From NCBI GenBank assembly GCA_040081625.1, contig JBEBGD010000142.1, forward strand, positions 1-11,865: a stretch of DNA of 11,865 bases, written 5' to 3'. The first letter of the stretch is position 1, and every line of letters begins with the position of its first letter. The position numbers and the translations under genes are program-made. This document shows, piece after piece, positions 1-8,200 of the stretch. Below the pieces are notes generated by a model. The model saw only the letters and a list, made by a program, of their open reading frames with translations, did no database searches and was not told the DNA's origin. Source of the stretch: Chthoniobacteraceae bacterium (GTDB taxonomy: Bacteria; Verrucomicrobiota; Verrucomicrobiia; Chthoniobacterales; Chthoniobacteraceae).

Positions 1-74
1 GCCTGACGATCGAGAGCGGCGACGATCTCGCCGACGAGTTCGCGTATCTCACGGGGCTGTTCCGGCGGACGTAG
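1..74 (+). CDS. 3' end of a truncated gene, possibly an ECF sigma-70 factor C-terminus
   Basis: Frame from base 3 reads LTIESGDDLADEFAYLTGLFRRT* (TAG 72-74) with GC-rich codon third positions. It resembles from memory the 'TV..P.EV.DELRYL..L' tail of verrucomicrobial/planctomycete ECF sigma factors. Only 23 aa are visible. Confidence 0.45.
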   Translation, partial: LTIESGDDLADEFAYLTGLFRRT

Positions 75-185
75 CGGCGACGCCTCGTCGCCGGAAGTAG
101 CGGCGGCGCCCCCGCCGCCGTGCCCGATCCCGATCCGCGGCGAGGGCGCCGCGGCCACTTCCGGCGACGAGGGCGTCGCCGCTAC
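71..185. repeat. REP cluster (REPIN/BIME-like): two forward and two inverted GTAG/GTGG REP units forming a long hairpin
   Basis: Forward units: GTAG-CGGCGAC-gcctc-GTCGCCG (71-93) and GTAG-CGGCGGCG-cccc-CGCCGCCG (97-120). Inverted units: 135-158 (ends CCAC) and 162-185 (ends CTAC). The left half is close to the reverse complement of the right half. Confidence 0.85.
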
Positions 186-204
186 ACTTTTCCGAAAATA
201 CTGC

Positions 205-229
205 GTCACAAACGGCGGCGAAACTTACA
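205..229 (+). promoter_or_regulatory. Possible ECF-type promoter (GTCACA-N13-CTTACA)
   Basis: Bipartite motif in a locally AT-richer gap just downstream of the putative sigma gene and upstream of the repeat array. The assignment is inference only. Confidence 0.25.
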
Positions 230-237
230 TCCGTGGG

Positions 238-600
238 GTGAAAGCCAACGTGAAGCCCAACGCCAACGCTCTCAGTCCTGACTACCCCGATGCGGCCCGC
301 TTTGCCGCGGAGGAGGCCAGTTCCCCCGCGCAAGCGGCCCCGTCCGCGCCGGAGGGGGACAGCTTTGCCGCGGAGGAGGCCCGGTTCGCCGCGATGTGGG
401 CCGCTTTTGCCGAAGACGGGGCCGCGTCTGCCTCGGATGCGGCCCCCTGCGGCGCAGACGGGGGCGGCTTCGCGGAAGACGCGGCCCGCTCTGCCGCAGA
501 CGAGGCCCCGTCCGCAGAAAACGGGCCCCCCTTTTCCGCAAACGGGGCCCCCTTTTCGGCCGCCGCGCGCACCTTGCCCGTAAACAAAGCGTCCTTTTGA
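238..600 (+). CDS. Possible Ala/acidic heptad-repeat hypothetical protein; may be non-coding
   Basis: GTG-start 120-aa ORF spanning the array (ARFAAEE/DSFAAEE/AAFAEDG/GGFAEDA/APSAENG), in the same frame as the 643 gene. Most other frames are also open here, so an open frame is weak evidence. Confidence 0.3.
   Translation: MKANVKPNANALSPDYPDAARFAAEEASSPAQAAPSAPEGDSFAAEEARFAAMWAAFAEDGAASASDAAPCGADGGGFAEDAARSAADEAPSAENGPPFSANGAPFSAAARTLPVNKASF
295..567. repeat. Degenerate 21-bp tandem array, 13 units with further decayed units on each side
   Basis: Units begin at 295, 316, 337, 358, 379, 400, 421, 442, 463, 484, 505, 526 and 547 with no indels. Examples: gcccgctttgccgcggaggag, gccgcttttgccgaagacggg, gcccgctctgccgcagacgag, ccccccttttccgcaaacggg. 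Approximate consensus GCCCSNTYTGCCGCRGASGSG. Confidence 0.9.
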
Positions 601-642
601 TCCGAAGCAAACCAACCCCACGCCAACACACACCACAAACCG

Positions 643-1368
643 ATGGCCACTCCGCTGACCTGGAACCTGCCGGGGCTGACTTGGAATCAGCACGGCGCGA
701 CCTGGAACGGCACGGTGGGCAGCCACAAAAAAATGAGCAACCTCAAAGCAGTCATTGATTTCAGCGGCTATGCCGCTGCCGAACTCGCGCCGGTCGCGCA
801 GATGATCCACGACAAGATGGTCGAAAACGCGGCCACCTTTGCCACCCCACCCGTGGCGATGACCGCGCTGGCCACGCTGATCGACGACTTCAATACGAAG
901 CTCGCCGCCAAGGCCAGTCGCGCCACTGCCGATGTGATGGCCTTCAACGTCGCCCGGCACGAACTCGAAGGCGCGCTCGGCGAGCTGGGCAACTACGTGA
1001 ACGGTGTGGCCAAGGGCGACCCGATGATCGTGGAAAAGAGTGGCTTCCCCTTCTACGAGACGGCGCACGCGCCCGACCCCGGCGCACCCGCTGCGCCGCA
1101 AAACGTGCGTCTGCGCCACGGGGACTTGAGCGGCGAGATCGTGGCCCGCTATCGGCCCGACCGCGACAAGAGCATGAACGAAGTGCAGAAGTGCCTGGGC
1201 GACCCGAACGTCGAGGCGAACTGGGTTCACGCCGGGATGTTCGGTGGCGGCAAGGCGACGCTCGGCGGCATCGCCCCCGGCGCGCTCGTCTGGATCCGCG
1301 TCCGCACCTGCGGAAACAAGGGCGTGATGGGCGCATGGAGCGACCCCGCGCAGATCCGGGCGGTGTAG
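643..1368 (+). CDS. Hypothetical protein: N-terminal TWN heptads, helical middle region, C-terminal fibronectin type III-like domain
   Basis: 241-aa ORF with GC3-biased codons and an A/C-rich leader at 605-642. Amphipathic helices end in KSGF. The FN3-like tail is PAAPQNVRL...GEI...W...LGGIAPGALVWIRVRTCGNKGVMGAWSDP. An alternative ATG lies at 733. No signal peptide. Confidence 0.85.
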   Translation: MATPLTWNLPGLTWNQHGATWNGTVGSHKKMSNLKAVIDFSGYAAAELAPVAQMIHDKMVENAATFATPPVAMTALATLIDDFNTKLAAKASRATADVMAFNVARHELEGALGELGNYVNGVAKGDPMIVEKSGFPFYETAHAPDPGAPAAPQNVRLRHGDLSGEIVARYRPDRDKSMNEVQKCLGDPNVEANWVHAGMFGGGKATLGGIAPGALVWIRVRTCGNKGVMGAWSDPAQIRAV

Positions 1369-1381
1369 CCGCGCGAAGCGC

Positions 1382-1531
1382 GGAAACTCGAAGCTCGAAA
1401 TCCGAGATCCGAAACAAAACCAAATGAACGGAAAAGTTATGAAACAAACAGAGCACCGTCTGGAGCCCTCTTCCATTTCCGTCCCTTTCCGAAGTTTGTT
1501 TCGAGCTTCGAGCTTTGAGTTTCGAGCTTCC
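1382..1531. repeat. Imperfect 150-bp palindrome with arms made of 7-bp tandem units (MITE-like or structured RNA)
   Basis: Left arm gg-aaactcg-aagctcg-aaatccg-agatccg-aaacaaa (1382-1418). Right arm tttgttt-cgagctt-cgagctt-tgagttt-cgagctt-cc (1495-1531). An inner pair is acggaaa (1428-1434) with tttccgt (1476-1482). Confidence 0.85.
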
Positions 1532-1539
1532 CCCTAGCC

Positions 1540-2001
1540 ATGCCCTTCGACCCCACCAAACCCAATCCCGGCGATCCGCTCGATGCGAACCTCGTGCGCG
1601 ATCAACTCAACGCACTGCACGCCGAGATCGTGCCCGGCCCGCCGGGACCAGCCGGGCCACCCGGCGCGGCTGGAGCTGCGGGTGCGACCGGCCCGCAAGG
1701 CCCTGCCGGGGCGGCCGGACCGCAAGGCGAACCCGGCACGCCCGGCGGTCCACCCGGGCCGCAAGGTCCTCAAGGCGAGGTCGGCCCGGAGGGTCCGCAA
1801 GGCCCGCAAGGTGAGCCCGGCCCGCAGGGCCCGCCCGGCGAAGTCACGCAATCCGCGCTCGACACCGCCATCGCCGGCACCGCGCGCAATCCTAACACCG
1901 TCCCGCCGCTGACTATCACAATCAGCGATCCGCCGACGCAGGCCGAGGTGCAGGCGATCCTCGACGCGCACAATGCGCTGCTCGCGGCGACGATTCGATG
2001 A
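1540..2001 (+). CDS. Collagen-like triple-helix protein with short helical N- and C-terminal caps
   Basis: 153 aa with 23 Gly-X-Y triplets (1636-1845; 12 + 11, separated by one extra Gly). N-cap [31 protein letters not shown]-cap [26 protein letters not shown]. Confidence 0.9.
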   Translation: MPFDPTKPNPGDPLDANLVRDQLNALHAEIVPGPPGPAGPPGAAGAAGATGPQGPAGAAGPQGEPGTPGGPPGPQGPQGEVGPEGPQGPQGEPGPQGPPGEVTQSALDTAIAGTARNPNTVPPLTITISDPPTQAEVQAILDAHNALLAATIR

Positions 2002-2009
2002 AACGGGGC

Positions 2010-2038
2010 TTGACGCTGTGCAAAGATATCCATGTCAT
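2010..2038 (+). promoter_or_regulatory. Candidate sigma70 promoter for the giant gene
   Basis: TTGACG (2010-2015), 17-bp spacer, then TGTCAT (2033-2038). The -10 is weak. Confidence 0.3.
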
Positions 2039-2223
2039 CGCGCGCGGATTTCAAAACCACTGACATGCGCCTCGCTGCATCAACACGATGTGAGGTCCAT
2101 GCGCCGCAGCTCACGGCGACGCCGGAGCACCGTGCTGTGGACTCGGCGAGGCTGTCCACGAAAGCCGCGGAAGGGGCTCCGCGCGTTCCGCCATCTTCTC
2201 TGCTCACCCGTTCCAACCCACCT

Positions 2224-5200
2224 ATGAAAACCATGCACTCATTCATCACCATGCTCGGCCAGCCGGCCTGCGCTGCGCTGCTCGCGCTCACATTCGTCAC
2301 GGACGCCGTGGCCTCGGAGTTTTCCGTTTACGGCGGTCACGCCCATACCGCGGGTAGCTGCGCCTCCTTCGAACCGGTGAGCTCGACCGGCGCCCACAGC
2401 GCCAACGCCAGCCGCATGTGGTTCGTCGAAGATGTGCCGGTCGTCGGTAATCTTGGCGGATCCTTCAGCAGCTCTGCGTCGCCGGGGGGCCTGTATAGCC
2501 GGGTGCAGTGTTTCGATGATCGCAACCGCGGAAACACCTATTGCGTCCAGATCAGGGGCGAGGCGCGGATGACGCTCACCAACGTCGTCTTCACCAATCC
2601 GGAAGGGGTGACGGGGCCGCAGACGATCCCGGTGAGCTTCAGCGCGAACCTGAGGGCTCAAACGAGTGGGAACGGCAGCTATTCGGTGACGGGAACGCTG
2701 CCGGTGATCAGCACGAGCCCGGTCGGCACCTCGCCGAATCTCTACCGGGTGGAGTCCGACGAGGCCACATTCACCACCGGGGTGCCGTATACGTTCGAGT
2801 TCGTGGTCTCGACCCATAGCTCTGCGGAAAGCCTCGTCGGAACCACTCATTACAGCAGCAGTTCGGCGCAGCTGACCTTTGGCCTGGGCGAGACCGTCTT
2901 CAATGTGCCGCCGGGCTACAACGTGACTGCCAGTGGTTTTATCGAAGGTAATCGCTTCGTGGCTCCGGCCATCACGGCGGTCGTGCCGGGAGTGGGGCCG
3001 GAGGGAAGGGTCGTCGTCATCCAGGGTGCGAACCTGGGCACTGCGACGAGTGTGACCTTCAACGGAGTGCCAGCGACGGTGACGGCCAACTCGGATACGG
3101 AGATCACGACGACGGTGCCGGTGGGTGCGACGACTGGGCCGATCGCGGTGACCACCGCGAGTGGCACTGCGGAGAGCCCCGAGCCCTTTGTCGTCTCGCC
3201 GCTCAACGCGGTGATCGATACGATCGCCGGCTCTGGCACCGCGGGTTTCAGTGGCGACGGCGGGCCGGCGCTGGCTGCCGCGCTCGGGGCCATTTCGAGC
3301 TCGGCCGTCGGGCCGGATGGATCCGTCTATTTCGTGGACTCAAATGGGCTTCGCATCCGTCGCGTGGACCCCGCGGGGAACATCAGCACCTTCGCCGGCA
3401 CCGGCAACTTCAGCTTCAGCAGCGCGCCGGACAACACGGTGGCGACCGAAGCGTCGTTCAGGGGGATCGGCGGCATCGCCTTCGACCCGGTTCACATCCG
3501 CCTTTACCTCACCGACTCCAGCAACAACCGCGTCCGCTTTGTGAATGAATTTGGCCGGCTCTGGACCCTCGCCGGAAACGGGAGCTCCTTTTCCAGCGGA
3601 GACGGCGGCCCGGGTCCGGCCGCCGGAGTCGCCCGGCCGGCGGGCATCGCCGTGGACAGTTCCAGCAACGTTTACATCGTCGAATCGTTCGGCAGTGCCG
3701 TCCGCAAAGTCGCGGTGGCTCCGAATGGCGACACGGTCATCTCGACCATCGCCAGCGGGCTGAGCAGTCCTTCGCGCGTGACGGCGGACGCCGCAGGCAA
3801 TGCGTTCATCGTCGAGCGGGTGAGCAGCGAGCCCGTCCGTTACATCGTGCGCCGCGTGGATGCGCTCACTCAGGCCCTGACCACGGTTGCGGGTGGCGGA
3901 ACCGACGCGCCGGTGAGCGGGCCGGCCACGAGTGCGCTATTGAGCGATGTCGCAGACATCGCCGTGAAGCCGGAGGGCACGACGCTTTATCTCAACGACC
4001 ACGACCGGCTCCTCGCGGTGGACCTCGCGAGCGGACTCATCTCCGTCTTCGCCGGCGACACCTACGGCTTCGCCGGCGACGGCGGGCCGGCGATCCTCGC
4101 GAAGTTCGCGCGTCCGAGCGGGCTGTCTGCGGCGTCCGGGGACCGGCTGTTCGTCTCCGACTCGGAGAATTACCGCGTGCGCCGCATCGGCCCGCCGCTC
4201 GGCGTCGCGCCGACGGTCACACTCGCCGCCGCCACGGGCATCACCGCCGCGGGCGCGACGCTGCACGGCACGGTGAATCCGGGCGGGTTGGCGACGACCG
4301 CGCAATTCCAATACGGCATCGCGACGAACTACGGCACCGCGGCCGCGGTGACGCTCTCGCCCGCCGATGGAACGAGCGACCAGACCGTGAGCGCCGTGCT
4401 CACCGGGCTGGCAGCGCACACGGAGTATCACTTCCGGCTGACGGCGACGAATTCCGCCGGCACGGCGAACAGCGCCGATGGGACGTTCATGACGACGAAT
4501 ACGCCGCCGAGCGCCCCCGACGCCGCCGTCAGCGCGACGACCGGCGACCAGCAGACGATCACGCTGCCCTTTCCTGCGACGGATGCGGATGGCGATGCGG
4601 TGACGATGACGAGCGTGACGCCCGGCGCGCACCTGACGGTGAATAGCACGAGCGGCGCGGAGGTGACGTTCACGCCCGCCGCCGACTACGCCGGCCCCGC
4701 CACGCTCGATTACGAAGTGAGCGATGGCTTCGGCGGCACGGATGCGGGGACGATCGCGGTCACGATTTCCGACAACGATGCGCCGGTGATCGCCAGCCAT
4801 GCGGAGGTGATCGCCGAGGCGACGAGCGCTGCGGGAGCGAGGGTCAACTATGCGGCCGCCGCCGCTTCGGATAACATCGGTGTGGCGTCGCTGACTTACT
4901 CGAAGGCCAGCGGCGCGATCTTCCCGCGTGGCACGACGACGGTGACGATCACCGCCGCGGACGCAGCGAACAACACGAGCACCGGCACCTTTACGGTGAC
5001 GGTGCAGGACACGACGCCTCCGGCTATCACCCCGCCGGCGAACGTGATGGTTCCGGCAACGATCTCCACGGGGGCGGTGGTTCACTACGCCCCAGCGACT
5101 GCGTTCGATGCGGTGGGCGTGACCACCCTAACGTATTCGCGGAATAGCGGCACCGGCTTCCCCATCGGCACGACGACGGTGACGATCACCGCGCGGGACG

Positions 5201-8200
5201 CGGCGAACAACACCGGCACCGGCACCTTCACGGTGACCGTGACTCCTTATTCCGGCACGGCGGTTTCTGCGATGATGTATAGCCCGGTTGTCCCACCGAG
5301 TGGCAATGATGTGGGTGGATTCGCGACCGCCTATCGCACTGCGGAGGAGGTTTTCGGGGAATACCCCGGTGCCGGCTCGACGGTGCTCATCAAGGACGCG
5401 GTTCTCCAGCTCTACTACTTGGACTCGTTGGCGCAGGAGGGTCCCAACGAACATGCGCGCTTCCTTTCTTCCGAATTCCGTGGGCTGATGAGCATCAACG
5501 GCGGCCCCGACACGCCGTTTTCAGCCAGTGGCCCGGTCGAGACGCTGACGATGGGCAAGGCCGGAAACACCACGGGCACCTTCGAGACAGAAATGCGCTC
5601 GATGAGTCTCTCGGGCGGGTCGCTGATGATTCGTGAAAGCCCCACCCTTCCATCGCTGGGTATGACCGCGATCACCGACATGGGCGGGGGCCAATTCCGT
5701 GTCGAGAGCTTCTTCGACGTCTTCACGGAACTGTCCGTGGACGGCGGCGCTACGTGGATGCCCTCAAACGGACCCACGCGCATCCAATTCCAGCAACTGG
5801 CGGTTCCTAGGATCGTCGTCGAGCAGCCCTCCGGCACCGTGCGGACGAACGGTAGTAGTGTCGCCTTCGTTGGCAGCAATGCAGACCTCGTCTTCACGGT
5901 GCGCAACACCGGCCTGGCCAGCCTCAATCTCACGGGCACGCCGGAACGGGTGACCATCGGCGGCGCGGATGCCGCGCAGTTCAGCGTCACCGTCCAGCCC
6001 GCCGCAACGGTGGACGGCCTCGATAGCACCACTTTCACCGTGCGTTTCACCCCGAGCAGTCCCGGCTTGAAAACCGCCGCTCTCTATGTTTTCAGCGACG
6101 ACCCGAATGTCAGCCTGTTCACCCTCACGCTGACCGGCCAGACCAACGCCGCACCTAGTGCGATCACCTTCGCCGACAACGTCTCGAGCCTGCTGGAGGA
6201 CACCAACACCGCGAGCGCGATCAAGGTCGCGGACATCGTGGTGACCGATGACGGGTTCGGCACCAACACGCTAAGCCTCAGCGGCGCGGATGCGGCGAGG
6301 TTTTCCATCGTGGGGAGTGAGCTGTTCCTCAAGGCAGGCACGGTGCTCGATTTCGAGACGCGGAGCATCTTCGTGGTGAGCGTGGACGCGGATGATCCCA
6401 CCATCGCAGGCACGCCGGACGCGGGCGCGGTCTTCTCGTTGAGCATCAACGACGTGGCCGAGGCAGGGAAGGAGATGCTGGGTGTGGGATCGAATGGGAA
6501 TGGAAGCTTGGGAGTCGGACGGGGAACTCCCTACTCCGACGTCCTTGCGGCCGTGCCGTTGGGTGGCACCCGACTGGTTGAGGTCGCCGCAGGCAGTTCC
6601 TCCGGGATCGGACGCAGTGCGAGCGGCGGGCTTTTCGCATGGGGACGGAGTTCCGCGGCGCTGTTTGGGACGGCCACAGGCGATCCGACCGCGCCCACGC
6701 CCGTGCTCATGACTGGCGCGCTCGAGGGTCGCACCGCTGTGGCTGTTGCAGCCAGCATCAGTTCCTTCTACGCAGTGCTCGATAACGGCAGAGTCGTAGC
6801 GTGGGGCAGTAACGGCTCTGGTCAACTGGGCAACAACACAACGACTGCCAGCGTGACTCCAGTGGAGATTCACAACCTTAGTGACGTAGTAGCAATCTCC
6901 GCCGGCGGCGGGCGTCCTCTCGCCTTGAAGGGCGACGGCACCGTCGTTATCTGGGGGGGCGGTGTCAGTGCCAGTGCCATTGTCCCGGCAGCCGTTTCGG
7001 GCCTGAGCAATGTGTCGGCGGTCGCAGCAAGCTCTGCTCACCGCCTCGCGCTCATGGCGGACGGCACCGTGCGGGCGTGGGGAGCGAACTCAAAAGGGCA
7101 GCTCGGCATCAACAGCACCGCTGCGTCCCAAGCGAGTCCGGCACTCGTTGCCGGGTTGAGCAGTGTGACGCAGATTGCCGCCGGCGCCGAACACTCTGTT
7201 GCGCTCCGCGACGACGGCACCGTCTGGACTTGGGGAGCCGGCGACAAGGGGCAGCTCGGCGATGGGCTCGGACAGATGTCCCGCGCTCCAGTGCAGGTTC
7301 CAGGGATCGCTGGCGCGGTCGAGATCGCTGCGAACGGCGGGCACACGCTGGTTCGGCTGGCCGATGGGTCGGTTCGGGCCTTCGGGAACAACACGAACGG
7401 TGAACTCGGCGACGGCACCAAGCTCAATCGTTTCTCGCCGGTGGCGGTCGGCGGAATCGCCAATTGCACGGCCATCGATGGCGCCACAGATAAGAGCTTT
7501 TTCCTTACGGAGGACGGCTCGACGGGCGCGCCGACGCTGATTGCACCCGCGGCGGCGAGCACTTTCGCTAGTTCGCTGGCAGTGAATTTCACGCTGCCTG
7601 AACCAGCGGGCAGCGGCACGGTGAAATTGATCTTCGACGGCCCGGCCAACGTGACGGTGACGCTCGCGTCCGCGCGGGAAACTGCCGGCTCGCACCGTTT
7701 TTCGTTAAATCCGGATTCCCTGAGCAGCTCGTCCAGCGTCGCATCGAGTGTCGGTGGCAACAATCTCCCACAGGGGATCTACAACGTGACGCTTTCCTAT
7801 CAGGACGTCGCCGGCAACACAGCGGCCACCAGCGTCGCGACCGACGTGCTGATCGACTCCGTCGCGCCGGTGGGGGGCGTCTTGAGGATACTGCCCAAGA
7901 GCATGGCGAGTCCGGCCACGCCGGTTACCCTCGTCGCGTCGGGATGGACCGATGTGACCCCACCGCTGAGCTACCGCTTCTTCCTCAACGCTGTGCCGCT
8001 CGGAGACGCGCAGCCCGGCGCCACCTTCAGCATGTCGCCGCTTTCCGCCGGGTCTTACGTGGCGCGTGTCGAGGTCGCTGACGCTTTGGGTAATGCTAGT
8101 GTCAAATTCGCCACCTTAATCGTAGATGACGAGGCTCCGGTCATCTCCGTGCCGGACCCGATCACCGTCGTGGCGACCGGTCCGACCGGCGCCAACGTAA

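Noticed and set aside
295..567. CRISPR array
   Set aside because: The units are contiguous degenerate 21-mers with no conserved repeat/unique spacer alternation, and no cas genes are present.
49..1476. 475-aa minus-strand ORF
   Set aside because: It is the antisense shadow of the 643-1368 gene and of GC-rich repeats. It runs through the REPIN and the heptamer arm, is Arg/Gly-rich, and has no motif.
1540..2001. Prophage call based on the collagen fibre
   Set aside because: No capsid, terminase, integrase or lysis genes occur in the window.
2040..2220. Riboswitch in the long leader
   Set aside because: Only short hairpins are visible (gtggac/gtccac, gcggaa/ttccgc), with no recognisable aptamer consensus. 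An Rfam scan would be needed.
2032..2223. N-terminal 64-aa extension of the giant ORF
   Set aside because: It would bury the signal peptide, has atypical composition, and overlaps the candidate promoter. A start at 2224 or later fits better.
4771..5247. DGR template/variable repeat pair
   Set aside because: Both copies are in-frame HYR domains, the differences are not adenine-specific, and no reverse transcriptase is present.
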